From: a virus
IMG/VR virus record: IMGVR_UViG_3300025011_000019
Coordinates: 1-64,000 of that record
Reading direction: 5' to 3' (one strand)
Length of the DNA stretch: 64,000 nt
How positions within the stretch are numbered: the stretch's first letter is position 1; each line of letters starts with the position of its first letter. This document shows, in pieces, positions 50,889 to 62,003 of the stretch. Made by a program: the position numbers and the translations under genes. Under the pieces are notes generated by a model. That model was not told where the DNA came from and did no database searches. It saw only the letters and a program-made list of their open reading frames with translations.

Positions 50889-51326
50889 ATGAACGCAATG
50901 GCAGAAGCATTAAATAAGGCGCAAATAAAAGCAAATGATTTTGAGGATAAACAAGTCGATGAGAAAGCAATTGAAGCAGAAATGCAAATTGATTTTCTCG
51001 AAACATGGTTGAAATTACTTGAAAGAAATGCTTCTGAAAAGGAAAAGTATAACTTTGTGATAAAGCATGGTTTTGTATCAGTTTTACAATTTAACCTGCA
51101 TATGTCATGCATGGAAGATGTTCATAACCTGAAGGATATCTTAGATGATATTCGATATGATATTTCAGCCAGTGAAATTGCAGAACGTGAAAAAGAAATA
51201 ACAGAGAAAGAGGCAATGGCAAAGAATATCAAGAACTTGTTTTATTACAAAATGATTCTAAGGGGTTTAGGTAAAAAGGATATTACTCCTTATGGAGAGG
51301 ATATTTTGAAAAGAAAACTAACATAA
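50889..51326 (+). CDS. Hypothetical protein
   Basis: AAGGAG SD; terminator at 51343-51381. Confidence 0.7.
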   Translation: MNAMAEALNKAQIKANDFEDKQVDEKAIEAEMQIDFLETWLKLLERNASEKEKYNFVIKHGFVSVLQFNLHMSCMEDVHNLKDILDDIRYDISASEIAEREKEITEKEAMAKNIKNLFYYKMILRGLGKKDITPYGEDILKRKLT

Positions 51327-51483
51327 AACCAAACTTTTATATGACAGAGCGAGAAATAAAAATAATTTATCTCGCTCTGTGTGCTTTAATTATTCTCTAG
51401 ACCGTGATATAATGTAAATATAAAATATTACGGTTTGGAGAGCATTTAAAACTCTCTTAAAATCTAAAAGGAGCGTGTTACAT

Positions 51484-53751
51484 ATGTATTATGGAGATCA
51501 AAGAGAATCAATGGTCAATCTGTCTTATGCATTAGAAGGCAAAGGTTGGGAAATTTTTGGTTATAGTGCGGATCAATCTGATTCCCAGTCTGATTATTAT
51601 CATCCTGCATCATGGGACGGTATTGCTACTAAAAATGGCTTTGTTCTCTGTGTAGATATTAAAGATTATCAAGTTCAAAATTCAGGCAAAGGAGTCTATG
51701 AGTACACAAAAAATTATACAAATGTTTCAGATTATTCTAAAATTCAAAAACTCCAAGCACTAGCTAATGATTCGGCAGCGAGTCCAGAAGAAAAAGACAC
51801 AGCACTAAAATTTATCGAGAAACTACATAATAATCAAGAAATCAAAGATCAAGACCGCGAAGCAACAAGAGTTTTAAAATATACTTATCCTATATTCCAA
51901 GCAAATCCTCCTTCTTGTAATTGGCATGTCGAAAAAGATGGTGTAATTTTAGCTAAAGGAAAAGGAGCTTTCCAATTTTCAGACCTCCCCTATGACTATG
52001 ATTGTTCAACAGGTTTACAAAAAACATGGAGAAGTAGAGAATGGACACCGGATGAGAAAGAGCAAAAAGTTATTAACAAATTCTTATCATTCGTTGCAAA
52101 AATAAATAATGTTGCATCGGGTGTGGCTAACATGGGCGATGGAACAGAAGAAACAGAACAGGAAGGATTAGAAGCCGAAAAGAATTCTGGTTATGAAACC
52201 ATCACTGTAACTGAATATAAAAGCGAAATTCAGGCTAATGAGATTGAAACACCAGAAACTTTAATTGTTGGAATGCATTTCAAATTAAAGGCAAGCTTTA
52301 CGCACTGTAATTCAGGAGATATTTATGTAATTACCACAATTCGTGAGAATCAATATAACAACAAGTGGTATATTACAGCATCGAGAATGAACCGCAAACT
52401 TAACAAAGTGTTAACTGGCAGAGCAACAGCAAGCAATAATTTTGACTGTGAACTTGAAAAGCTTAATACTTGGATAAGTAAAAAATTTATTTCCATCGTC
52501 GAACTTGAGGAAGTAAAAACGCCTTATCAAGTACAAAAATGTGTAAAAATTACAAGGGATAAGACCACTAAACCAACCCAAAAGAAAACTAAAATTGAAG
52601 ACGAAAAGACTGAAAATCCAATAACACCAGACCATGAAGAATACCAAGATGAAGTCTTGAGTGCCGATATAAGCGACACAACATCAATTAATGAAGAATC
52701 AGCAACCGAATTTATTCAGGCTTCCAAACGTCAATTATATGCCTTATATATTGGTACTAAGATCAAGACCACTGACCTAGTAATTAGCAAAGAAAAAGCA
52801 GGAGAATTGATATCTAAGAGTATCAAAGGAATCAATATCACTGAAGAACTTCAGGCATTTATAAATGGGGAGACCTTTATAACAGAAGTCTCAGAACCAT
52901 TGCAGGAATTAGAAGAGATTAAACAAGAGGAGGAAATTAAAATAATGGAAAATGTTGATAATATACTCAGTAAATTTGATGAAATAGAGGTGAAAAATAG
53001 TTCGCGTATCTCCTTAGATGATCAAACATTCTGCGAGGATCAAGAAAGAAACTACAATGAATTTATAAAATTCTCCAATGACTACATAAATTATCTAAAT
53101 GAAAATTCCTTATCAAATACATTCTATAACAGCGAGTCTTTAGTCAATGAGATGAATAAAACCAGAGATATTAAAAAGGATATGTTTATTTCTAAAGTGG
53201 TAAATTATTTTAGAGATAAATACAAAGTAACGCTAAAAAGCGAACCGATTCAAAAGAAGTATGATATTTCTGTAAAGTATGATATAATTGTCGATGAAGT
53301 CATAGAACAACTGGGAGGTTATAACTTCATTGATAAAGCAGAAAAAGAGATTAAAGACGAATTCAAAAACACTTTAAGACATGACAAAATTAAACTTAAA
53401 AATAAAAAACTATCAATTGAAAGTTTTTTTCAAACTGATTACTTTAGCATTAAGTATGGAACATATGAAGTTGGATATGGAAGCGATGAAAAGTTTTATA
53501 AGTTGTTCAAGGCCATGTCTCACTTTTTATATGAGAGTAACGAGAATCTTTTTGATAATGTATATAGCACTATAACTAGACAAAAAGATGATGATGTATT
53601 TAAAACTCATGAGATAATTGGCAAGGATATTATCAAAACTTTGAAAGTATATAAAAATGGAAAAATTGATTTAGAATTTAGCAACTCGGATCATATGCGA
53701 AAGTTTGCGAAGGATTACTGCGGATACACAGGTGATATTGCAGCCAAGTAA
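51484..53751 (+). CDS. Multi-domain polyvalent-type protein
   Basis: GWEIFGY..DQSD...DYY.PASWDGIA.KNG N-domain; DUF2786-like IQKLQALA..EK..A; C-domain paralogous to the next gene. Confidence 0.7.
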   Translation: MYYGDQRESMVNLSYALEGKGWEIFGYSADQSDSQSDYYHPASWDGIATKNGFVLCVDIKDYQVQNSGKGVYEYTKNYTNVSDYSKIQKLQALANDSAASPEEKDTALKFIEKLHNNQEIKDQDREATRVLKYTYPIFQANPPSCNWHVEKDGVILAKGKGAFQFSDLPYDYDCSTGLQKTWRSREWTPDEKEQKVINKFLSFVAKINNVASGVANMGDGTEETEQEGLEAEKNSGYETITVTEYKSEIQANEIETPETLIVGMHFKLKASFTHCNSGDIYVITTIRENQYNNKWYITASRMNRKLNKVLTGRATASNNFDCELEKLNTWISKKFISIVELEEVKTPYQVQKCVKITRDKTTKPTQKKTKIEDEKTENPITPDHEEYQDEVLSADISDTTSINEESATEFIQASKRQLYALYIGTKIKTTDLVISKEKAGELISKSIKGINITEELQAFINGETFITEVSEPLQELEEIKQEEEIKIMENVDNILSKFDEIEVKNSSRISLDDQTFCEDQERNYNEFIKFSNDYINYLNENSLSNTFYNSESLVNEMNKTRDIKKDMFISKVVNYFRDKYKVTLKSEPIQKKYDISVKYDIIVDEVIEQLGGYNFIDKAEKEIKDEFKNTLRHDKIKLKNKKLSIESFFQTDYFSIKYGTYEVGYGSDEKFYKLFKAMSHFLYESNENLFDNVYSTITRQKDDDVFKTHEIIGKDIIKTLKVYKNGKIDLEFSNSDHMRKFAKDYCGYTGDIAAK

Positions 53752-53781
53752 CCAAAAAATTAAAAATTGGAGTGATTTATT

Positions 53782-54609
53782 ATGTTAAATTTATTGAGTA
53801 AATTCGATGAAATCAAAATTGAGAATGTAAACAGAATTGATGAGGAAGATAAAAAATTCTGTGAGATGTTCAACAAAATTTATGATGAAACATTAGTATG
53901 CTATAGGAACACCTTAGAAAGTTTAATATCCTTATATAATGAACAAATCCTGTTAGTAAAAAACAGTTATGATTTATGTATTTCAAAATATGGCGGTGGA
54001 AGGAACGATCTTAGTATTGACGGTGTTAAAAATGGCATTTTTCACGTAAAGGAAAATTTTATCAGTAAGATTTGTTATTATTTTAGCAGAAAATATAATG
54101 TTACTATTGATCACAGTAAAATTTATGAAAGATACAAAGATATTGAACTCCCCTACGGTAAACAAGAGAACAGAGATAAGACACTTAATATAAATTTGCT
54201 TGAATATGTACATATTGATTATAACATTATTTTGGATGAGATATTCGCTCAATTAAATGGTTTTAGTTTTCTTGAAAAGGCAATTGATGAAATTAAGCAA
54301 AAAGCAAAAATACCCTTACGTTGGTACGAACATCGTAAGTATTGGAATTATGAGGTTAAAGGTAAAACGATCAAATTTAGAACAAGTATAGATGATATTA
54401 AGTCAGCACTATATTTTTATGATAATAATGAAACACAGCTAATTGACTGCTACACTCATAACAAAGTTGATGATTATACAAGTTATGATAATGGTAATAC
54501 GAATATTAAGTTTATTAATTCTTCTTATGCTCTTGATTTTGCAAAAAGATATTTAGGATATATTGAAATGACTGAGGAGCAAAGAGAAGCATTTAAGAAA
54601 AGTTGTTAA
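53782..54609 (+). CDS. Paralogue of the C-terminal domain of 51484..53751
   Basis: Shared LSKFDEI, FISK...YF..KY.VT, KA..EIK, Y.NG....F and FAK.Y.GY blocks. Confidence 0.75.
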   Translation: MLNLLSKFDEIKIENVNRIDEEDKKFCEMFNKIYDETLVCYRNTLESLISLYNEQILLVKNSYDLCISKYGGGRNDLSIDGVKNGIFHVKENFISKICYYFSRKYNVTIDHSKIYERYKDIELPYGKQENRDKTLNINLLEYVHIDYNIILDEIFAQLNGFSFLEKAIDEIKQKAKIPLRWYEHRKYWNYEVKGKTIKFRTSIDDIKSALYFYDNNETQLIDCYTHNKVDDYTSYDNGNTNIKFINSSYALDFAKRYLGYIEMTEEQREAFKKSC

Positions 54610-54631
54610 TTGAATTAAGGAGTTGAAGAGA

Positions 54632-57600
54632 ATGAAATACGCTATAACAAATGTTGTAATACCTCAAGAAAGACGCAAGGAAATAAATTCTAAATGTTTA
54701 TATGTTGTTGAAAATAATTTAGATGTATTAACTCAACAAGATGTATTTTCTTGCTATTCTGGCGAGGGTGGACTTCATGGTTTAGAATTTAAAGAGTTTG
54801 ATAACTATCATTCGTTCTCTGAAGCGAAAAAAGAAATAGAACTTGGAGCCTTCTTTACTCCTGCTACAATATCGAAATTTATGGCTGATTGTATAAAACC
54901 AAGTAATCAAGATTTAATTTGTGACATGACTTGTGGCGCAGGTTCATTCTTTAATTATCTTCCAGTCGAACACAATGTCTATGGTAATGAAATTGATATT
55001 AAATCTTATAAAGTTTCTAAATATCTTTATCCAAAAGCAAATATTTCTAATGATGATATTAGAAATTATGCACCAGACGTTAGATTCGATCTAATTCTTG
55101 GAAATCCTCCATATAACTTAAAATTAAGAGTAGGTAAAGAAGAATACCTTTCACAACTTTATTATTGTATGAAAGCTTCAGAACTTCTTAAACCTGCCGG
55201 ATTCATGGTATTAATTGTTCCTAATTCATTTCTAGCAGATACCTTCACAGATTCGGGAATGATTAAAACTATTAACAAATCATTTAATTTCATATGTCAA
55301 TTCGATCTTCCTACAAATGCCTTTAAATCAGTAGGGGTTGAAAACTTTGCAACAAAAATAATGTTCTTTCAAAAACAATCAGAACATTTATTGACTATGC
55401 CTTATACCACTGATAAAATTCCTAACATTTTCATTACAGATGCATATGCTGAGATCATACATAATCAATATCTACTTCCATACATAACTAAAAAGGAATC
55501 CTTAAAAGGCAAATTATTCTTTGAAAATGTACATAATAGTGATACTCAAGAGAATGCAGAATTTCAGTATAAAGTAAAAAAGATGTTATTTGCAATTAAA
55601 CAACATCCTGCAATTAATTCATATTATGGAAAATGCTTATCTTATTTAGATAAATTTAATACTCAGAAAATGCCAGAGGGTATGAAGTATGAGGAATGGT
55701 CTAAGGTTAAAATCACTGAGAAAAAAGTATTATCTTATCTTAAAAGAACATTGGCAAAACAATCTAAAAATGAACGTGATGAGATCCGATTAGTTAAAAC
55801 ATCTTATTCAATCAAGTTAAAGGGATATTCCCAAAAGAACAAAGTGTTTCTGTCTAAATATGCAGGAGAAAAGAATATCTCTATTAATGATATGATTATT
55901 TCTGGGAAATATCCTTTTGAAGATAAAACATATCAAAAATTAATTGATAAAAAAGTCAATGATTATAACTTTAATAGTTCTAATTTGCGTGAACTTCTTG
56001 CTAATTTAAACATATCTAATTTCCTTAATGAGTTTTCTCTTACAGATACATCCACAGGGGAAATATTACGCCTTAACGACATTCAAAAAAGTGACATGAA
56101 TAATATCATTCAAAGACGTTATAGTGTCCTTAATTACAGTATGGGTGCTGGTAAAACTCCATGTGGTATTGCATGGTATAAATATCTATTGTCCCAAAAT
56201 AAAGTCAGAAATGTATTTATTGTATCGGCAGCACTAGGAATAAATTTAACATGGGATGTAAAACTGAATGATTACAAAGAGGATTATATTAAAATTAAAT
56301 CATTAAAAGACATTAATTCTATTAAACCTAAACAAATTGTAATATTATCATTCAATATGTTAATTAAATATCAAAGACAAATTAAAAAGTTTATTAAAAT
56401 GCAATCTCAAAAAGTGGCTTTGATTGTAGATGAATCAGACGAATTGACTAATGATAAGTCACAAAGAACAAAAGTTACTTTAGATTGTTTTAGAAAGGTA
56501 AATTATAAACTCTTAACTACTGGAACTACTACACGTAATAATATTAATGAATTATACAGTCAACTTGAATTACTTTATAATAATTCTGTTAATATGTTGT
56601 GTGAAGCTGATTATATTTATAAATTCAATAAGGAGAAAGAACTTAAGGAAGAATACAATGAACATTATATGAACCCCTTTCCTGCTTATCATGGGAAAAA
56701 GTTGTTTGTTGCTAGTTTTTCACCATCTAAAATAAGTGTATTTGGTATTAAAAAAGATTGTCAGGACATTTATAACATTGAATATCTTCAGAAAATTATT
56801 GAAAAAACAATTATTACACGTAAATTTCAGGAGGTAGTTGGGCGTAAAATTTATGAGATTATTACTCATAGGATTAAACAAAATTCAGCAGAAAGAGAAG
56901 TTTATAAAGTAATTATGGAACAGTTTTATGAAATGCTTTATTTGTTTAGAAGTACTGGGAACAGTCGTAAAGACGCTATGTTACGTCTAATTAGGCAAAT
57001 TCAATTATTAATTAAATCAACTTCAACACCAGAACAATTTAAGGAATATGCTAGTACCGAAACGCCTAATAAATACTTAAAAATCTTTAGCTTATTAGAC
57101 AAGTGGAAAAATGAAAAAGTAGCAATTGGTACAGTATTCCTAGATACTGCAAATAGTTATTATTCTAAACTTCGTCAAAGGTATCCAGAACGAGAGATAT
57201 TTATGATTCAAGGCAATGTATCCTTTACTAAAAGAAAGAGCATTATAAGCCAATTTGAGGCAACTAGTAATGGAATTTTAGTTAGCACTCAACAAAGTTT
57301 AAAATCCAGTGTCAATATTCCAACTTGCGATAAGGTTATTATTGAGTCCATGCAATGGAATATACCAAAGATTAGTCAGTATTATTTTAGGTTTATTAGA
57401 TTCAATTCAACGCAAAATAAGGAAGTACACTTCGTAACCTACGATCACACGATTGAGCAAAATTTAATGGCCTTATTAATGGCGAAAGAAAGAATTAATG
57501 AGTATATCAAAACATTAGATTTTCAAGACCAAGAGGAAATTTATGAGGAATTTGACGTAGATTTGGGCATACTCGACGCACTAATAGAAAAGGGAGAAGA

Positions 57601-57649
57601 TGAGAATGGACATGTAAAGTTGACATGGGGAGAACAAAAGATAGTATAA
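54632..57649 (+). CDS. N6-adenine methyltransferase / SNF2 helicase fusion (DarB-like antirestriction)
   Basis: GAFFTP, DMTCGAGSF, GNPPY; MGAGKT, DESD, TGT, helicase C-lobe. Confidence 0.85.
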   Translation: MKYAITNVVIPQERRKEINSKCLYVVENNLDVLTQQDVFSCYSGEGGLHGLEFKEFDNYHSFSEAKKEIELGAFFTPATISKFMADCIKPSNQDLICDMTCGAGSFFNYLPVEHNVYGNEIDIKSYKVSKYLYPKANISNDDIRNYAPDVRFDLILGNPPYNLKLRVGKEEYLSQLYYCMKASELLKPAGFMVLIVPNSFLADTFTDSGMIKTINKSFNFICQFDLPTNAFKSVGVENFATKIMFFQKQSEHLLTMPYTTDKIPNIFITDAYAEIIHNQYLLPYITKKESLKGKLFFENVHNSDTQENAEFQYKVKKMLFAIKQHPAINSYYGKCLSYLDKFNTQKMPEGMKYEEWSKVKITEKKVLSYLKRTLAKQSKNERDEIRLVKTSYSIKLKGYSQKNKVFLSKYAGEKNISINDMIISGKYPFEDKTYQKLIDKKVNDYNFNSSNLRELLANLNISNFLNEFSLTDTSTGEILRLNDIQKSDMNNIIQRRYSVLNYSMGAGKTPCGIAWYKYLLSQNKVRNVFIVSAALGINLTWDVKLNDYKEDYIKIKSLKDINSIKPKQIVILSFNMLIKYQRQIKKFIKMQSQKVALIVDESDELTNDKSQRTKVTLDCFRKVNYKLLTTGTTTRNNINELYSQLELLYNNSVNMLCEADYIYKFNKEKELKEEYNEHYMNPFPAYHGKKLFVASFSPSKISVFGIKKDCQDIYNIEYLQKIIEKTIITRKFQEVVGRKIYEIITHRIKQNSAEREVYKVIMEQFYEMLYLFRSTGNSRKDAMLRLIRQIQLLIKSTSTPEQFKEYASTETPNKYLKIFSLLDKWKNEKVAIGTVFLDTANSYYSKLRQRYPEREIFMIQGNVSFTKRKSIISQFEATSNGILVSTQQSLKSSVNIPTCDKVIIESMQWNIPKISQYYFRFIRFNSTQNKEVHFVTYDHTIEQNLMALLMAKERINEYIKTLDFQDQEEIYEEFDVDLGILDALIEKGEDENGHVKLTWGEQKIV

Positions 57650-57794
57650 GGCATAGAGGAAATGAACTAAAATGGTTTGTTTCCTCTCTTTGTTCCCTAT
57701 TATAAAGTAAAAAATAATTATTTATCTATTGCAATTTGTTTAGTTTTCATATAAAATAAGCAATAAGAAGCAAACTAGAAGGAGCGTGTAACTT

Positions 57795-58151
57795 ATGTCT
57801 AAATTAGCAGTACATAATGATGGTGTTTGCTCAGTGGTTGACCCATTCATAACAACTAATGAAAGATGTTTAACTTTTAAGTATGCAGGAAATGACAAAG
57901 TAGAGAAAGCAAAAAATCTTTCAAACTTATTAGATCAAAACAAAATAGATTATGTTTGCTATCTTGAAACAGGGAATTATTACCCTTGTCAATTTATCCT
58001 TAGAAGAAGTGGCAGAAAGTGGAATGATATAATGAAGTTGGTTAACAGTGTTCAATCTCCAAAATACGATTATGCTAAGATTGACTTCTATATAACTGAC
58101 GAAGTAAAGAAAAATGTTTTAGGTAAAATTCAAGTAATTCAATATTGTTAG
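57795..58151 (+). CDS. Hypothetical protein
   Basis: TTGCAA-17-TAAAAT promoter, AAGGAG SD. Confidence 0.7.
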   Translation: MSKLAVHNDGVCSVVDPFITTNERCLTFKYAGNDKVEKAKNLSNLLDQNKIDYVCYLETGNYYPCQFILRRSGRKWNDIMKLVNSVQSPKYDYAKIDFYITDEVKKNVLGKIQVIQYC

Positions 58152-58227
58152 TCCAATAAACCTTACATTTCCAATACTAAAATGGTATAATATGTATAAC
58201 AAAATCAACTAGAAAGAGGGAATTAAA

Positions 58228-58386
58228 ATGGAAATTACTTTTGAACAACTGAAGAAAACTATGCTAAATGGATTAGAAGGAGAATTTAAAAGATCAATTG
58301 AAGGGATTATTGATTGCAGTGAGAAAATCGGAAAAACAGTTCCAGAAACAATGGATAAAATTACTAAGATATTATTAGGACAATAG
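58228..58386 (+). CDS. 52-aa hypothetical protein (not in the ORF track)
   Basis: AAAGAGG SD; MEITFEQLKKTML. Confidence 0.6.
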   Translation: MEITFEQLKKTMLNGLEGEFKRSIEGIIDCSEKIGKTVPETMDKITKILLGQ

Positions 58387-58471
58387 GTTGATTGAAGGTT
58401 ACACACCAATAATTCTATAACAAATTGGCGTGTGACATTGAACCAAAATATTGTAGAAAGAAGGAATTATA

Positions 58472-58825
58472 ATGAATTTATCAGAAATTACTCAAGATGC
58501 TTTTCAGATAATCAAAGATTTTAAACATGGTCATGGTCGTTATTCTTTGATTGTATCAAGTGAGTCAAAATATGGAGATTTTTCAATTGAATATCGAATG
58601 TTAAATAATGAAATTAATCAAATTTTGGTATCTGAGAGAATAGCACCTAATCATAGTTCTAAATTCGTGGTTACTCCAAATAATTTCCGTACTATCACAG
58701 AACAAGGATTCGAAGCAGACAAATTCTTTGATAAAATCATAAAGGAAATGAATTTTGATGCTGTAGAGGTTCGTTGTTTTCCAGCCGATATGGAAGAAAT
58801 ATATTGTCAAGAATTTAATATCTAG
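58472..58825 (+). CDS. Hypothetical protein
   Basis: AGAAGGA SD. Confidence 0.65.
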   Translation: MNLSEITQDAFQIIKDFKHGHGRYSLIVSSESKYGDFSIEYRMLNNEINQILVSERIAPNHSSKFVVTPNNFRTITEQGFEADKFFDKIIKEMNFDAVEVRCFPADMEEIYCQEFNI

Positions 58826-58910
58826 GTTGAAATCTGAGGTATTAGTATAACAATAACGATATGATCCCTCGACTTGAGTCTATAAATTAATTAGAAAGAG
58901 GGAATATATT

Positions 58911-59174
58911 ATGGGTATGATTAAAGAAAATGCAATGGAATTAAAGGCTAAAATCGAGAACCGTCACACCTTCGAACCAATTAATTTAAAATGTAATGGC
59001 GGTACGTTCTATGGAAGAGGTTGCCTTAATTATGTAGATTCTGGTGATAATGTAAATGGAATTTGGTGGTTTTCTAATGGTAGTGTAGGTGGTAGTTTTG
59101 AGGCCAGTGAAGAATTTGTGCTAACCACTATCGGAATTAATTACCAAGAAATTAAGGAGTATTTTGAAGGATAA
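58911..59174 (+). CDS. Hypothetical protein
   Basis: AAAGAGG SD. Confidence 0.65.
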   Translation: MGMIKENAMELKAKIENRHTFEPINLKCNGGTFYGRGCLNYVDSGDNVNGIWWFSNGSVGGSFEASEEFVLTTIGINYQEIKEYFEG

Positions 59175-59200
59175 ATCAATTAAGAAAGAAGGAATTATTT

Positions 59201-59386
59201 ATGTCTGAAATTTCAATTTGGCAATTAAACAGAACTGATAATCAAGGCAATATCATTTCAGGTTATCAAGACATTTCCAAAAACGTAACACGCGAACAGG
59301 CAATAACAGATTATCTTTACTACTTGGAGACCTCAGAAGGGATTGAAAATCCTAAGTGTGAGTGCATTGAAATTGATTGGGAATAA
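59201..59386 (+). CDS. Small acidic protein
   Basis: AGAAGGA SD. Confidence 0.65.
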   Translation: MSEISIWQLNRTDNQGNIISGYQDISKNVTREQAITDYLYYLETSEGIENPKCECIEIDWE

Positions 59387-59499
59387 ATTAATTGCATATG
59401 GAGAATAGGCAATAACAATAGTACCATAACAGAACCGTTATAACAGGTTGTTGCCTTCCTTTCGAGGTAAAGTTGACTAAATATGAAGGAGTGGAAATT

Positions 59500-59661
59500 A
59501 TGGAGAAAATTGACTCTATTAATATTCATTGTAGATGGTTTGATAGCAATACAGAAAGGGAGCGTATTCAAAGATTAATACTCAAAGGTAAAGTAGAAGG
59601 GGAAATAATCCAACATAACGAAACTGGAGAAGATTATTGGGGATGGTGGAAAAGATCCTAG
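59500..59661 (+). CDS. Small hypothetical protein
   Basis: AAGGAG SD. Confidence 0.6.
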   Translation: MEKIDSINIHCRWFDSNTERERIQRLILKGKVEGEIIQHNETGEDYWGWWKRS

Positions 59662-59695
59662 TAAACAATAATTTTAAATGAAAAGGAGAAAAATT

Positions 59696-59887
59696 ATGAA
59701 AAACTATTTAGTAGAATTAATACTTGAACCGAGACTACCACAAGGAAAATATATTGGGCGTAGGTATATAACTATTAAATTACCTGCTGATAATGAAATT
59801 GACGCAGGTAATTTTGCAAAAGAATCAATAGAAGTGTTATTGATTTCTAATGTATTGGTTATAGTAAATAAAGTATTGGAAAGTTAA
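59696..59887 (+). CDS. Small hypothetical protein
   Basis: AAAGGAG SD. Confidence 0.6.
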   Translation: MKNYLVELILEPRLPQGKYIGRRYITIKLPADNEIDAGNFAKESIEVLLISNVLVIVNKVLES

Positions 59888-60018
59888 TGTCTAGGGGCAT
59901 TTAAAGCCCTTCTGAGCGTCAATAATGCTATAACAGTCATATATATCCATAACAGCAGAGTAAGGGACGTTCAGAAGAGTTCTGAAGACTCTAAAAATAA
60001 ATTGTTGGAGGTTATTTT

Positions 60019-60357
60019 ATGAAAATATTGCAATTTGATTATCTTCAGGCAGAATATGATGGAGAAGTGCTAAAAGATTTTCTTATCGAACAGTTACCAC
60101 GCTTTATAAATTGTGAACAAATGCAAACATACATAAAATCATCCGATGGATTTTGGCAAGATGTTAGAAATGAAATAACAAAGCAAAAAAGAGTTAAAAG
60201 GTTCAGTGAATTAGAAGATTATAAATGGATATTAGATTACCTTAATTTTTTAGCTGACAGAGATTTAGCAAAGGCAATAAACAAAGGATTGAACACAAGA
60301 AATAAAAAGTATGCGGATCTTGAAAAATTCTTTATTAAATATTCAAAGGCAGCATGA
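60019..60357 (+). CDS. Hypothetical protein
   Basis: GGAGG SD. Confidence 0.65.
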   Translation: MKILQFDYLQAEYDGEVLKDFLIEQLPRFINCEQMQTYIKSSDGFWQDVRNEITKQKRVKRFSELEDYKWILDYLNFLADRDLAKAINKGLNTRNKKYADLEKFFIKYSKAA

Positions 60358-60397
60358 ATGTACCATTTGCTCAGGTTAACAAAAGGAGGAATAACAA

Positions 60398-60604
60398 TTG
60401 ATTATTAATATTGATCCTTATCAAAATACCTTTTATTCTCGTAAAATCAATAATAATCTATACAGACATGAGGGCAGACAGAATACAATTGAATTTGTGA
60501 TTGATAGTAAAACTCCAAAGACTCAAGAAGAAATTCTCGATTTTTTAGAATCAAAGTCAATAGATTATCTATTAAATAGAGAAGGAACTATCATAGATAT
60601 TTAA
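60398..60604 (+). CDS. Small hypothetical protein
   Basis: AAGGAGG SD + TTG. Confidence 0.6.
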   Translation: MIINIDPYQNTFYSRKINNNLYRHEGRQNTIEFVIDSKTPKTQEEILDFLESKSIDYLLNREGTIIDI

Positions 60605-60726
60605 AGAGTTTATGCTCTTTATCTTAAATCTATCATAACAGAAGCCCTATATAGGTTGATGGATTTAAGATAAAGGATATAAATCTAATCATTATATCCT
60701 AAAATAAAATCAAAGGAGGTAACAAA

Positions 60727-60834
60727 ATGAGCAAATTAAAATTACTCCAAGAATTCAAAAACATTTGCGATACTCATTCTATTCCATTCACTTTTAAGTC
60801 ATTTGACATGTTTCTTACTCATATTTCTAAATAA
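60727..60834 (+). CDS. 35-aa peptide (not in the ORF track)
   Basis: AAGGAGGT SD; MSKLKLLQEFKNICD. Confidence 0.55.
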   Translation: MSKLKLLQEFKNICDTHSIPFTFKSFDMFLTHISK

Positions 60835-60894
60835 TCTTACATATTCTATATCAACTATAAACCAAAAATAAAATTATTGAAAGAAGGTAATCAA

Positions 60895-61185
60895 ATGCAA
60901 AAACCTAAAAATATCAAAAACTTAACCCATTCTGCTTCAAAACTTAATATCTTATACTTAGGCAAAGAAATTGTTTACACAGGCACAGGACACTCCTTAA
61001 GACCTTATCGTGGAGAAATCATTAACATTGCTTATTACTCAGACCTTGAACCTGTTCCATATGCAGAAATCAAGTTAAAGATATGGAACAGCCGGACAGT
61101 AACTAAAATTCTTCCATTATCTGATGTTGTTTTGGTATCTTCTTTGAAGAAAACTAAAACTAAGAAATCTAAGATAGCAGCATAA
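60895..61185 (+). CDS. Small basic SH3-like protein
   Basis: AGAAGGT SD. Confidence 0.6.
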   Translation: MQKPKNIKNLTHSASKLNILYLGKEIVYTGTGHSLRPYRGEIINIAYYSDLEPVPYAEIKLKIWNSRTVTKILPLSDVVLVSSLKKTKTKKSKIAA

Positions 61186-61341
61186 TTCAATATCTTTTCT
61201 ATGGACACTGTAAAGCGTAAAATAATTATAACAATTGATTCCCATACGTTGTACAGTGTAATTCTTAAAAGGTATTAGTTAAACTCAATGCTAATATCTC
61301 AACTATTGTATAACAAAATCAAAAGGAGGACAGGAGATATC

Positions 61342-61671
61342 ATGTCAAAATTATCTAATGTAGAAATCATTGCAATTGAAGCATCTAAAAAAGAATATAT
61401 TTATAATGGTGAGAATATTTTTACTTTTGCTCAGTGGGAAAAGAGAGGATTCGGAGTTAAGAATGGGCAAAAAGCATTTATCAAGACTAGATTAATGAGT
61501 CAGGGAGAAAATCCAAGATCGATCCCAGTATCGCTTTATACCATCGAACAGGTAAAATATAACGAAGACTTATGGAATGGCAGACCTCGCAAACCACGAC
61601 AAATAAAAGATGAAATTGGTTATTATCTTGTAAGCAAGCAACGTACCCAGAGGGAAGTTATTATGGTATAA
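61342..61671 (+). CDS. ArdC N-terminal-like ssDNA-binding protein
   Basis: FTFAQWEKRGFGVKNGQKA...LYTIEQV matches the ArdC-N pattern TFxQWxxxGxxVxxGxKA. Confidence 0.65.
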   Translation: MSKLSNVEIIAIEASKKEYIYNGENIFTFAQWEKRGFGVKNGQKAFIKTRLMSQGENPRSIPVSLYTIEQVKYNEDLWNGRPRKPRQIKDEIGYYLVSKQRTQREVIMV

Positions 61672-61751
61672 TCTTGTAAATGTCATAACAGCCATAACAC
61701 GGACGTTCGAGAGGTTCAGAAGATATTTTTAAATTATTAGGAGGAATTATT

Positions 61752-62003
61752 ATGCAAAGTGGTTTACAGTCTAAAAATGAGTATATTCTATATCGTTCTA
61801 TGTATAACAATGAACTTCACAATGCTATAATGGATAAGGATGTTCAAGCGATTGAAATATTATTAGATGGATTAACAAAAGCACATTTGAAGAATTATGA
61901 TTTTAGCCTATATGATTCAAATACTTTTATTGATATTGATTATGTTTACAATGAGCACGTAAAACAAATTGAAGAATTGGAGGCATATTGTCGTGGTTTA
62001 TAA
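61752..62003 (+). CDS. Hypothetical protein
   Basis: AGGAGG SD. Confidence 0.65.
   Translation: MQSGLQSKNEYILYRSMYNNELHNAIMDKDVQAIEILLDGLTKAHLKNYDFSLYDSNTFIDIDYVYNEHVKQIEELEAYCRGL

Noticed and set aside
40056-59571. Minus-strand or nested ORFs in the right arm (40056, 40921, 41453, 43413, 49604, 50882, 52411, 53381, 53983, 58209, 58601, 59320)
   Set aside because: Shadows or alternate frames of better-supported plus-strand genes
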